From: Barthelona sp. PCE
Lineage: Eukaryota
Direction: 5' to 3'
Assembly: GCA_040285745.1 (NCBI GenBank)
Contig: JAUFOR010000008.1
Coordinates: 1,612,001-1,676,000, forward strand
Length of the DNA: 64,000 nucleotides
The notes under the pieces are model-generated. The model ran no database searches, was not told the DNA's origin, and worked only from the letters and a program-made list of their open reading frames with translations. Shown piece after piece: positions 20,202-30,164 of the stretch; within the stretch, counting starts at the first letter, position 1, and every line of letters begins with the position of its first letter. Made by a program: the position numbers and the translations under genes.

Positions 20202-20705
20202 ATGGAAGACGAAGTAGCAGCAAATCTGTTCTATCAGATGTATTTCACAATGATGAAGTCATTTATTGAGGAATGTGAGGAAGCAGAAAGTGAGGAAGCC
20301 TTTGAGAGTTTAAAAGGGACATTACAAACAATGGGAGAACAAGTGGGTCGTAAACTGATCGAAAAGCACACATATAGAGCCTTTAAGCTGCATGGATTTG
20401 ATGACAGGAAAAAGTTCTTTACACAAACATTTTATAAGAGCGTATTTAACTCCTCTATTGTTTCAGAGCTGAGTGGAGATACCTTCTTCTTCACAGACTT
20501 AAACTTTCCCATTCTTCAAAAGTTTATACAAGCTGACGGTGTTGTTGTAGAGTCTCAGACTATTGTTCTTATGTATTTGGAGTATTTTCTGGGCATAATG
20601 AAAGGCGCCTTAGTGGGTTTAGGGTTCAATATCGGTACATATAACGTACATATTGATCATCAAGGTGATGTTGCAATTGTTTTTTCATTTCAGATTAAGC
20701 CTTAG
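20202..20705 (+). CDS. TRS33: TRAPP subunit of the Bet3 family, Trs33/TRAPPC6-like
   Basis: LQTMGEQVGRKLIEK, KFF..F...VF, GIMKGALVGLG and terminal FQIK. Confidence 0.8.
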   Translation: MEDEVAANLFYQMYFTMMKSFIEECEEAESEEAFESLKGTLQTMGEQVGRKLIEKHTYRAFKLHGFDDRKKFFTQTFYKSVFNSSIVSELSGDTFFFTDLNFPILQKFIQADGVVVESQTIVLMYLEYFLGIMKGALVGLGFNIGTYNVHIDHQGDVAIVFSFQIKP

Positions 20706-20968
20706 TTTTTTTGTTTACATATACATAAAATGTAGATTATTCGTTGAAAGAAGAAAAGAGAAGATGTGTTACCTTTTTGGAAGTAAATTTTTGGAATTGG
20801 AAGTGCAGGTTTGCATATTTTAATATTCTTGCATATTTTTCTCTTATGTGGGATAGATATGTTATCGAAAAACCGATTTAGATTGTTTTCATCATGGTAC
20901 ACTCTTCAGCACAAGTGTAAACAATTTTATCATTCTTTCACGGCTTTAGTACCATTATTACTAACGCC

Positions 20969-22237
20969 ATGAACTCTATAGGTGGTAATAGGGGCGGAGG
21001 TCGTTCCAAAAATTCTAGTAAGAGTAGAAGCAACAACAAGAATCGTAATAATAAGGACAGACGATCAAAGGGTAATAGCGGAGGCAAAGACCGGCGGCAG
21101 AACCAGGGTGGTTCTCGACAGGGTGCAAATGCACCACGAGTAGTCACAGACGATCTTGAAACAGCTGTAACATGTATTTCATATGATCCCAGCGATCACA
21201 GCAACTGCCTAATGTGTTTGAAATCAGGAGAAGCTGCTCTTTTTAATGGAAAACAGCTAAAACAGATGCCTTTTAAAGGTAAAAGGATAGGTTCTACTGA
21301 TGATTTTCCTACATCATGTACCATGATTTCCACATTAGAAGACTTCGATAAGGGGTTCGGAGTCTTCGGCCTCACATCAGGAGAACTCGTGTCGGTAGAT
21401 ATATCGGATGGAACGTTTATGAAACAGCAGGTTCACGAAGATATGATTTCATCAATCCAGTCATGCATTTACAACGGTGAAACATGCATATTCACGGCGT
21501 CTCACGATGGTCGGATTGGATTCTGGTCATTTGGTGGTGATGAATGGCAACCTGTGTTTGATGACGATGGGCCTGTTTATCTAGAACCGGATTTCCCTGT
21601 ATATTGTATGGAACTGCTCATGGACTCCAACAGCGGAGAGCTGCAGTATCTGATTTGTGCGGGCCAAGGGTGTGGATGCACCGTCTTCAACGAATCATTT
21701 GACAGTCTAGATGTTGAGCTAGATTTACAAGTGCAGCCAACAGCAATGTCTTGCTTTTTTTATCAAGGGATGCCTGCGTTTGCAGTTGCTGATCTAAAGG
21801 GCAACTTCAACGTTGTTGTTCTGGATGATGATGAGCCATACGTTGGAAAGCACAAACACGACAGTAGAAGAAATGCAAAATCCTTCCCCATCGCGTCAGT
21901 ATGCGGTATGTGCGGCACTGACAACGATGTTGGCAGCATAGTTACTGTATGCGGTCCACAGATGAAGACGACACAGTTTTATTACGAAGAGGGAAGCGTG
22001 GAGTTCAAAGATGGCCCAATAGCCCATTTGAGCGTGGATGAAACAAAGGTATTCGGGCAGGTGATGCGTACGCAACACTATAATATGATAGATAAGAGAA
22101 CCAAGTTCATTTATGCAATTTTGAGTGTTTGCCCAAGGGACAGTTACAGTAAGGCATTACGAGATTTAAGGAGCGACAGAGATGTCGACCTTTCTGACCA
22201 ACCCCATGCAATTATGTCAGCCAGGCTTAGTTTGTGA
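20969..22237 (+). CDS. WD40 protein, divergent Rae1/Bub3-like, with a basic G/N/R-rich N-terminal extension
   Basis: HEDMISSI..TASHDGRIGFW repeat. LQVQPTAMSCF..FAVADLKG..KHKH..FPIASV follows the Rae1/Bub3 blade pattern. Confidence 0.55.
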   Translation: MNSIGGNRGGGRSKNSSKSRSNNKNRNNKDRRSKGNSGGKDRRQNQGGSRQGANAPRVVTDDLETAVTCISYDPSDHSNCLMCLKSGEAALFNGKQLKQMPFKGKRIGSTDDFPTSCTMISTLEDFDKGFGVFGLTSGELVSVDISDGTFMKQQVHEDMISSIQSCIYNGETCIFTASHDGRIGFWSFGGDEWQPVFDDDGPVYLEPDFPVYCMELLMDSNSGELQYLICAGQGCGCTVFNESFDSLDVELDLQVQPTAMSCFFYQGMPAFAVADLKGNFNVVVLDDDEPYVGKHKHDSRRNAKSFPIASVCGMCGTDNDVGSIVTVCGPQMKTTQFYYEEGSVEFKDGPIAHLSVDETKVFGQVMRTQHYNMIDKRTKFIYAILSVCPRDSYSKALRDLRSDRDVDLSDQPHAIMSARLSL

Positions 22238-22252
22238 ATGAAATAAAAATTA

Positions 22253-23821
22253 TTAGTACTTCATTGGTAAGGTTACAAAAAGATTGCTTGATTTATGATT
22301 GTTTCCGCTTTCATAGAAGTGGGACCGCGATGCTTTGTATTTATGCGCTCTTGCATTGGCAGGATCATGCAAAATACTATAATAAGCAGAAAAAAGATCA
22401 TGAAAGACACTCAACATCTCGAGATTCATGTGGCTATCATTAGAGTCGTTGTTCCAGTAGTTGTTCCGCGACACTGTCTCCAATCCAGCAAAACGAATCT
22501 TTGTATTCGGTTCAACAGTTGTCAACAAATCATTCACGGCTCTTTCTAAGTTCTTGGTGATAAAGTATTGCCCAAAGCTGGGGTGAGGTTTCTTCTCGTT
22601 TTTAGGATCTCCCATTACAAGGACGGGTATCTTGCTGTGATGCAAGAGTTTCGCGACAGAACTGTGTATGAATCCATACTTGAGCGATGGCTCCGACCGT
22701 GTCATGATCTCCCATCCACCTGTTGTGAACAGAACCATCCGGTATCCCCTGTAGTCGGGCCAGTCGATGCCGTTGTAATACGTAGGGGGGACCCATTTGT
22801 GCTTGATAGATAGTTGTCTATTATTTGCCTTGCGGAAAAATGTTTTTTCGTTGAAAGGCGGCTGCTCTATTGGGCAGTGCTCGAGTTTCACGGTAGAGAT
22901 ATCAAGCTTCTTTCCAGCATAAGTGTAACCGTATTCAAAGTTATACCTTTGTAGATGATAACCTAAGAACTGTCTCCCATGGGATGGAGCTCTGTAAAAG
23001 AGACTTCCTTCACTCATGAGGGCCTGTGGAACACGGCATCGGTCTTTTCTGTTGAATAATTGCAGACGCTTTTCCAAAAGATGGGGTTTGATAATATTAT
23101 AGCACTTCTTGCCCTTACCATCCATATTTAGATAGTTTTTAAACAAACGGCGTTCTGAATCAAAGTCGAAAGAGGTTGTGAACGTTGAATATACTGACGT
23201 GTCAAAGGAAATCTGCTTAGAGGTACAAACTGGCGCTTTGAGAATATTGTTAGGATCCATGCAAGTATCAATTTTTTGATTTTTAACATTAATGTTCACA
23301 ACATGCCATGAACCCCATCTGAACTTTTCGTTAAGCCTGAAGGTTTCCCTAAACTTAGTTATAGGTGTAGACCTACAAGATATGAATGGGTGTTTGCTCT
23401 TTCGCTCACAGCGGCCCTCAGTAATTGTAAAACTATGACAAAATGGGTGACCAACTCGAAATCGAAGCTCGTAATCTCCATGTGATTGAGGATAGCATGT
23501 TATATCATAGCGTTCCTTGAAGGAGTCGGCATGGACGAGACATCCACTTTCATCAACACCTTCTTTGTGAATGAGGTATACTTCTAGTTCATCTGGCTTT
23601 TGCGAATTAGGAAGTGGTATGTGGAAGACAGAAGGTTCTCCACAGTGCAAAACAACGTTCTTAACGTTTTTGAAGTGGTTATCACCAAGTAAAATGGATT
23701 CTTTTGGTGGGTACGCACAAACTGCATTAGGTGGTCGTGCAATCGGGGGTCTTGGGTAATAGTATGCCCCAAAAACCCCATATAAGCCCAGTATTATCAA
23801 AAAGAAGGTGATAAACTTCAT
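22253..23821 (-). CDS. Secreted protein, possibly NXPE/PC-esterase (SGNH)-like
   Basis: Signal peptide MKFITFFLIILGLYGVFG, Ig-like segment (GDYELRF), VLFTTGGWE and a C-terminal NDSH. Confidence 0.55.
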   Translation of the reverse strand: MKFITFFLIILGLYGVFGAYYYPRPPIARPPNAVCAYPPKESILLGDNHFKNVKNVVLHCGEPSVFHIPLPNSQKPDELEVYLIHKEGVDESGCLVHADSFKERYDITCYPQSHGDYELRFRVGHPFCHSFTITEGRCERKSKHPFISCRSTPITKFRETFRLNEKFRWGSWHVVNINVKNQKIDTCMDPNNILKAPVCTSKQISFDTSVYSTFTTSFDFDSERRLFKNYLNMDGKGKKCYNIIKPHLLEKRLQLFNRKDRCRVPQALMSEGSLFYRAPSHGRQFLGYHLQRYNFEYGYTYAGKKLDISTVKLEHCPIEQPPFNEKTFFRKANNRQLSIKHKWVPPTYYNGIDWPDYRGYRMVLFTTGGWEIMTRSEPSLKYGFIHSSVAKLLHHSKIPVLVMGDPKNEKKPHPSFGQYFITKNLERAVNDLLTTVEPNTKIRFAGLETVSRNNYWNNDSNDSHMNLEMLSVFHDLFSAYYSILHDPANARAHKYKASRSHFYESGNNHKSSNLFVTLPMKY

Positions 23822-24394
23822 AACAAATTTTTACAACGTGTTTTACAGGAATCATATAATTTTTACAGGACATATTTGATTATTTTCTATATTTGAATGT
23901 TTTTTACGTACAAAAAATGATTTAAGCTTTTTGCAAAATGCTGGAAGAGAAAATCACAGTTAGTCAACTACATTACATTTTTCTTGCTAGCAACAGATCT
24001 ATATTGGAATTTATCATAGAAAACATTGTTTTATTATTGTACAATTATACTAGAAGCAACCTGCATATTTGGTATCAACTTTCCTTTTGTGATGATAGGA
24101 ATTTTCGTTGTTTACTGCTTATATTGTTGCGTTTAAAGCGTTTTGTAACATTGAAGAACTGATATAAGCATCTTTCTTGCTTAATGAATATTTCAGCTCC
24201 TAGAAGTTGTAGCTCCAAATTAGTTCGTTAAAGATCACGTTTTCAGAATAAATCAGCGTATTTGGTGAAAGAATAGTACTGCGGTGAGATAGAGTATTCC
24301 TTATTGTTGTTAATTCTTTTTAATCCTTATTTTTACGTTTTATTACAACGTATTCAAATCAGGGTTTTCTTTTTCATACATATTTACATAGTTT

Positions 24395-25342
24395 ATGAGT
24401 ACCAGAATCACTAAGAAGTGTAAATGTGGTGCTACAAGCTGGATGAAGCATGATGGGTATATCATATGCAGTGTGTGCTCTGTAGCTGACCGTTTATTGC
24501 TGCATGAGGGCGAAGAGTTCCAATCGTTTGACGATTCAAGTGAGAATCAACGTGTTGACGCATTTACAGGAGGACGCTCGACAGCAACCATCACTCTAAG
24601 CCACAAGGGAAGGCCCACGGTGCTGCATCTTAAGATGGACGGCCAGACGAACGAGATCAGAGCTGATACAAATCAGCTAAAGAGCTACATAATGGGCCTT
24701 ATGAATGAAATGAAGATTTTTGAGTTCCGTACAGAGATATCCAGTGACACACTCTTTTACTACTCGCGCAAGAAGAGCTGGTCCGGGCACGGAAGATTCC
24801 GAATTATTACATTATGTTTCTACTTTGCATGTCATAACAACAACGTTGTTATCAGCAGAAATGAGGTTTTACATGTAGCATTTCGGTATCTAAAGGACTT
24901 TGACCGTCCCAATGACCTTCTAACATTCAACCAAAGAGAACACATCTTTAATAACAGTTATAAGACTGTTTCTTCTGTGTTGATGAAGAATAACATTGAT
25001 TATACTGAGTACAAGCGTCCGGAGGACTACATGTCTCGCCTTGTTTTCCGTTTACGCGTGGAAGACGGTGAAAATCTAATTATCCTTGGTAAAGCACTTG
25101 CTATTATGTGTAGAAAGGCTGAGAGGGATTCAACGCCAAAGTCCATTACAATTGCTGCAACAGCGCTCTCTGTGGCCATCAGGATGTTGGAGGTCGACAG
25201 AAGTATCACAGACGTGTACCAAGTGACAGCGGTTACAGAAGGAACAATGCGATCAAAGATTCCAACATTGATTGCATATATAGACAGGCACAAGGGGGAG
25301 CTGCCCGACTTTGTGACAGCAGAGATGATGGTTGGCATTTAG
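24395..25342 (+). CDS. TFIIB: TFIIB-family general transcription factor
   Basis: Zn ribbon CKCG..DGYIICSVC, EEFQSF..RV reader-like segment, and two cyclin-fold repeats (P.DYMSR, SITIAATAL, VTEGTMR). Confidence 0.8.
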   Translation: MSTRITKKCKCGATSWMKHDGYIICSVCSVADRLLLHEGEEFQSFDDSSENQRVDAFTGGRSTATITLSHKGRPTVLHLKMDGQTNEIRADTNQLKSYIMGLMNEMKIFEFRTEISSDTLFYYSRKKSWSGHGRFRIITLCFYFACHNNNVVISRNEVLHVAFRYLKDFDRPNDLLTFNQREHIFNNSYKTVSSVLMKNNIDYTEYKRPEDYMSRLVFRLRVEDGENLIILGKALAIMCRKAERDSTPKSITIAATALSVAIRMLEVDRSITDVYQVTAVTEGTMRSKIPTLIAYIDRHKGELPDFVTAEMMVGI

Positions 25343-25402
25343 TGATTTAGTAAAGAAGTTGCATTGTTTGTTTTTCGTTTTAACGTCTTTTTCTTGAATG
25401 TG

Positions 25403-26548
25403 ATGTCGATTTCACTTACGAACTCAGTTATCAGCGAGCGCGATATGCAGCTGTTGAGCCAGGAAATAAGCGCTGCAGAACGTAGCATAGGGCATATGAA
25501 CGATAACGATGATTTTGGGTTTCTTGAAGAAATTGAGAACTTTCAAAGGGCAAAAAATCACAGAACAGCTCAGGTAACACCATCTAAAGGTGCACCATCA
25601 GAAAGGAAGCAACATAGTCGAATTTTACATTTACCCACTCCACCTTCAGTGGCTCCAAAGAACATTGTCACCCATAAGGAATCACTCACTAAGGACGTCC
25701 TCAATGAAATTGAGGAACTGACGTCAAGCTACTTGAAAGTACCGGAATTTACCAAATTGAACAAATCTGAGACGGATGTTCGTATATCACATTTACAAGA
25801 TCTTGTGGCGAAGCTACGAGAGGAAAACACTCAATTACATGAGATTTGTTTCAATAATTATAATGCTGAATTACAAATGCACTTTATGGAGAATAATGAA
25901 GAATACAGTGAAAAAGTAGTTAAATGTGTTGATATGGCACGTGAAACACAAAACCAACTACGAAAGTTGTTTGATGAACAGCAATTGACAGAGAAAGTCA
26001 ATGTATCACTGAGGAAACAGGTTGATGAATTGGAAGGTGCTTACAAAGATGTAGAAAATCGTTTTAGCGTTTTAGAATCGGAGCATATAGAGCTGCAAAG
26101 CTCATACACAACACTCACAGAAGACTATACCAAGAGTGAACAACTTGTACAGTTAAAAACGGAAGAAATTAGTCTTTTGCAAGGGAAAATTCGGGAATTG
26201 GAGCAGCAAGCAGAGATAGATGATGGATTGATAGCTACATTAAAGAACGAACGGCGGATAAAGGTGCCAGAACCCCATGATTTGTTGGTTGCCAATGATG
26301 ATTTGGATTTAGAAGAGCTCATATCACCAACCCCAAAATCCATTACCAATTCTGTGTTTTCAGCAGATCCAAAGGTAGAAACACCTCATCAAGGACACGA
26401 TGATGGTGTCCAAGTTGATTTCTTAACGCCAAAGTTGAAATTTTTGGAAACAAGGGTTCAAAGTCAAAAAAAGGAATCAAAGCAGTATCATGCACAATTG
26501 GAAGAGCTTAGACAATCATTTATCTCAATTTTGGAAAATAAATCATGA
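25403..26548 (+). CDS. Hypothetical coiled-coil protein
   Basis: Long heptad E/L/K/Q region. First in-frame ATG is at 25403 (the ORF track starts at a TTG). Confidence 0.75.
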   Translation: MSISLTNSVISERDMQLLSQEISAAERSIGHMNDNDDFGFLEEIENFQRAKNHRTAQVTPSKGAPSERKQHSRILHLPTPPSVAPKNIVTHKESLTKDVLNEIEELTSSYLKVPEFTKLNKSETDVRISHLQDLVAKLREENTQLHEICFNNYNAELQMHFMENNEEYSEKVVKCVDMARETQNQLRKLFDEQQLTEKVNVSLRKQVDELEGAYKDVENRFSVLESEHIELQSSYTTLTEDYTKSEQLVQLKTEEISLLQGKIRELEQQAEIDDGLIATLKNERRIKVPEPHDLLVANDDLDLEELISPTPKSITNSVFSADPKVETPHQGHDDGVQVDFLTPKLKFLETRVQSQKKESKQYHAQLEELRQSFISILENKS

Positions 26549-26566
26549 GCTATGTTGTAGTTTACT

Positions 26567-27085
26567 CTATACCGGTCCAATACTAATACAAGGTTCGAGC
26601 AGAGGGATATCTAAGTTGCTTCTGAATTCCTTTAAAAATACCCACTTAAATTGCATTTCCTTCTCTCGATCACGGTTTCTACGTGCTAGCTTCTCCGAAT
26701 ACTTCTTACGTTCTAGTTCTTTACGTCTTTTACGCTCTGCTTTTCGTGTTTCTATGTTTTGATGCTCTTTCTTCACCGCTTCTAAATCATAGCGCCTTTC
26801 GCTTAAGTCATACTCAAGTAATTGTACAGGGGAATCTCGTCTCACAGGCTTTTTTGTCTTCCTTCGAGACTTAGAAGGAGTTAATAAATCTAGAAGATCA
26901 GTATCATCATTATGTGACACTTCTATGATCTGTGCTGTTGTGTTGTATGTTGATTTCCCAAAAAATGTGCCCATATGATCGATTGTTGATTGAAAAGGTT
27001 GTGGAGTTATATGTGTGGGAGGGTTAACCGGAGTTGGTAGCCTATTACTTGACCGCAAGGGTTCTTCATCGTCTGAAAGATTCAT
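26567..27085 (-). CDS. Hypothetical protein with a basic charged helix
   Basis: 172 aa ATG ORF filling the gap between genes. Its stop is followed directly by AGTAAA. Confidence 0.65.
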   Translation of the reverse strand: MNLSDDEEPLRSSNRLPTPVNPPTHITPQPFQSTIDHMGTFFGKSTYNTTAQIIEVSHNDDTDLLDLLTPSKSRRKTKKPVRRDSPVQLLEYDLSERRYDLEAVKKEHQNIETRKAERKRRKELERKKYSEKLARRNRDREKEMQFKWVFLKEFRSNLDIPLLEPCISIGPV

Positions 27086-27178
27086 TCTTTAGATAAACCT
27101 TATGAAAAGGAGAGAAAATGTGTTATTACAATAAGTAGGTGTTAAGTGTAGTTTTTAACCCTTTCAACTAATCTATAA

Positions 27179-27463
27179 ATGGTATCACGACTTACAAAAG
27201 TGTTAGCAAGCTGGATTGTATTTTTAATCTGCTGGTACGTACTAAATTTCATGGAATTAGTTGTAATTCCTCAAAAGTTCCAAATATTTGCATTATATCT
27301 CCCTGCTTGGGTTATTGTGATGCTGGGTGTTAGGGCTGCATTCTCCATTGGCTTCCACATGGCTGTCATTTATAAGGAATGTCCTGAAGAAGCTGAAGAA
27401 CTTCAAGAAGAGATCAAGGAGATGAAGAAATTCTACAAGGAGGTCCAAATGGACATTGAATAG
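27179..27463 (+). CDS. DPM3: Dolichol-phosphate mannosyltransferase subunit 3
   Basis: 94 aa, two TM helices, then CPEEAEELQEEIKE. Confidence 0.9.
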   Translation: MVSRLTKVLASWIVFLICWYVLNFMELVVIPQKFQIFALYLPAWVIVMLGVRAAFSIGFHMAVIYKECPEEAEELQEEIKEMKKFYKEVQMDIE

Positions 27464-27675
27464 TTTGCAAATAGCGATTTTGAGAGTTTGTGTGTGCTAT
27501 ATCTTTTGTTGTAAATCTTCCAGTCACCAACTATTTTATATGTTTCACAGCAGCATACCATTAATATCTACTTTTCAGATGTGTGTAAAATTCTTTTCAA
27601 GTGAAATGGAAATCTCAACTTAGATAAAGCTCTCTGTTTTTTTTTAGCTTACCCTTTTGAACACAGGTGGAATAT

Positions 27676-28206
27676 ATGTCTTGCATCTTGCCCATCATAC
27701 CACATTCCAGTCCCAGATTCTCGCTTGGTACGCGAAAACATAGATGTTCTGTTCACCATGCACCACAAAAATTACATTTTTCAAAGCGTCACGTACAGAG
27801 TATCGGTAAACAAACCGAATTTAAGGGGGATTTTCATCATAAAACGAGAAGACATTTTCGTCCACGTACCCAAAATCATCAAGTTTTTAAAGAGCGAAGA
27901 CAGCATCCTATGAAACCCAAGGATAACCTTGGCCTGGGATGCCGTCCTTTTGAACCACAAAAAGAGAAAACAGTATTTGTTCCCCCTTTGCGTACTAACC
28001 GTATTATTTTTCCCTCTGAACATGTCATAATCAATGAGCAGAGACCTCATACGCAGCGTACAGGGAAACGCATTGTTCGTAATGAGAACAACGTTCCTTT
28101 ATCAGCTCGTACAGGTGTATACGTCCCGTTTACTCCAAAGAAGCGTGTATTGATCCATCAGGGTTTATGCAGCAACTCAGAGTCTCGTGATTCCCCATTT
28201 TGTTAA
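27676..28206 (+). CDS. Hypothetical basic R/P/H-rich protein
   Basis: ORF from ATG 27676 (MSCILPIIP). No family recognised. Confidence 0.6.
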   Translation: MSCILPIIPHSSPRFSLGTRKHRCSVHHAPQKLHFSKRHVQSIGKQTEFKGDFHHKTRRHFRPRTQNHQVFKERRQHPMKPKDNLGLGCRPFEPQKEKTVFVPPLRTNRIIFPSEHVIINEQRPHTQRTGKRIVRNENNVPLSARTGVYVPFTPKKRVLIHQGLCSNSESRDSPFC

Positions 28207-28276
28207 GATTTAACTCATCGGTTACTTTTTGGAGTTATTTATTAGCAGTAGTTATGTAAAATAGTCAATTTTTCAT

Positions 28277-28978
28277 TTATTTTTTTTGCGGGGATAACAT
28301 TTTACGTACTAGTTGGGAGTAGGGGCTCATTGGATCTATATCAAACACTAATCTGTTTGTTGATTCTTGCTGTTTAATTGGTGAATCCATCATTGTTTCA
28401 TTTAGTTTTGATGTACACATAACTTGTTCTGGATATGGTGATGGTACAGGGCTTCTAAGACTCCTCGGAACATCATCTTCATCTTCATCTTCATCTTCAA
28501 CATCAATATTATATTGTTCTTCAACACTCTCATCGATACTTTCTTCAAACTCGAGCTTCTGAATAATCTCACTCTTCTTTGTGGTGGGCGTGTCCAACGT
28601 CACGTATTGTGAAAATGTTGGATGTTGTGATAGTGTATGCAAATCATCAACAGCACTGATGAAGGCCTGATCAGCAAATGCTGCCTGACCCTTTTTGCAT
28701 ATCTGCCGCACAATTACCCTGTTGAGGATGTTAAATATGGTCATGATCTCCTTCTTTACCGTATCATTGCGATTATATTGTTGGGTTGGTGATGAAGCTG
28801 ATTTAATATCGTCTGGAATGGCTTCCAACATCTTCTGTTGTGTGGCGCGTAGTGATGATATTGCGGAGGAGGTATCTGTTAGTGTGTCTTGATCCATGAA
28901 TCTACGGCAGTATCCCACAATATTTGTGACGAGACGCCATATATCGTCTAGCCATTCTGCAATGTGCTCTCTGTTCAT
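28277..28978 (-). CDS. Hypothetical protein, helical N-terminus and acidic SP-rich tail
   Basis: 233 aa ATG ORF. Confidence 0.7.
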   Translation of the reverse strand: MNREHIAEWLDDIWRLVTNIVGYCRRFMDQDTLTDTSSAISSLRATQQKMLEAIPDDIKSASSPTQQYNRNDTVKKEIMTIFNILNRVIVRQICKKGQAAFADQAFISAVDDLHTLSQHPTFSQYVTLDTPTTKKSEIIQKLEFEESIDESVEEQYNIDVEDEDEDEDDVPRSLRSPVPSPYPEQVMCTSKLNETMMDSPIKQQESTNRLVFDIDPMSPYSQLVRKMLSPQKK

Positions 28979-29198
28979 TTTAAGCTGCTGACCTGTGATT
29001 TTGGTGCAAAAATATGTAAAAAAAAATGCCCAAAGGGTTGAAAATGTGAAAACTATTTGTATCTTGGCTTTCTGTCGCTGTAAGCATATATTTTAACTTT
29101 TAAAATTAGTTTAGGGACAACTTATTATTCTTTAATGAGTGAAAGGCGGGAATTTGAAAAACCTGTTTTCGCTACTTTCGTTCATTAATCCTTTATTC

Positions 29199-30164
29199 AT
29201 GTCTTTAGAAAACTTGTTAACGACTTATTTTCCCGAAATAAGATCACCAAAGAAGATAGAAACAATGCAACAATCTGCTGAAGTATATTTCAACTTAAAC
29301 CGTGAGTTTCCCGACCTTCCTGACGTATCACTTGTTAAATTCAACGATGAAAAACATTCAGACAACCATTTACTGGTGAAATATCTATCAAAAAAGGCAG
29401 GAATTGAACCTCCAGTTGCATTAGAAGAATCTTATGTTGGAAATGAGTCAGACGGATTTGATGACAGTGATACAGGGTGGAATCAGGTCTTTCCCACAAT
29501 TGACAACACTGACCTTATCCTTGAACTGGAGAAAGAATTAGAGACATACAGTATGAAACTAATTAAACAAGTTCAAGCGACTAATGATGCTCATGAAAGA
29601 GTGGCTACACTGGAGGAGTGCATAAGGGACCGAGAACAGACCATATTCGAGCAGCTTAACAGAGAAAAGGAACAACTGAGCAATCTTGAAAAAACAAAAG
29701 CTCGTGGTCTTGAAGCTAAAAGGGAATGTGCTGAGATCTTGATACGACTTAAACAGGCCATGGAAAGAAGCACAGAGCAGCAGCGCGACCACCAACAATC
29801 TATTCAAGAAAAATCTGAATTGCAAAAGAGGAGTGCAGATCTTGAAGATCAAATACGGATTCTAAAGAGACAAATAGAGAGCATGCGCGGCAGCTGTGGC
29901 GAGTACGAAAGCCAAGTTAGCTTATTACAGGAAACAATCCAAAAACAAATGGAATTGACACAAGATAGGCACACTGATGATAAATTGCTGGGCACTCTTA
30001 TCAATAGAGACGGGGTCACGAACGATGCTTTAGGGCGTGAGTTGGTTAAAATGACTCGTCTAGCAAGAAGGTATGAGAATGCATCTAGAAAAGTAATTCG
30101 TATATCTCTCTACAGCGTCATCATTATCATAATATTATATATGATTTTTGTATCTATGATGTGA
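29199..30164 (+). CDS. Tail-anchored coiled-coil protein (golgin-like architecture)
   Basis: Long coiled coil ending in the TM segment ISLYSVIIIIILYMIFVSMM. Start placed at ATG 29199. Confidence 0.7.
   Translation: MSLENLLTTYFPEIRSPKKIETMQQSAEVYFNLNREFPDLPDVSLVKFNDEKHSDNHLLVKYLSKKAGIEPPVALEESYVGNESDGFDDSDTGWNQVFPTIDNTDLILELEKELETYSMKLIKQVQATNDAHERVATLEECIRDREQTIFEQLNREKEQLSNLEKTKARGLEAKRECAEILIRLKQAMERSTEQQRDHQQSIQEKSELQKRSADLEDQIRILKRQIESMRGSCGEYESQVSLLQETIQKQMELTQDRHTDDKLLGTLINRDGVTNDALGRELVKMTRLARRYENASRKVIRISLYSVIIIIILYMIFVSMM

Noticed and set aside
23938-24162. 74 aa hydrophobic ORF in the intergenic spacer
   Set aside because: Composition is what AT-rich non-coding DNA produces, with no motif support.
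28471-28500. (TCATCT)n microsatellite
   Set aside because: Simply encodes an ED dipeptide tract in the minus-strand gene.
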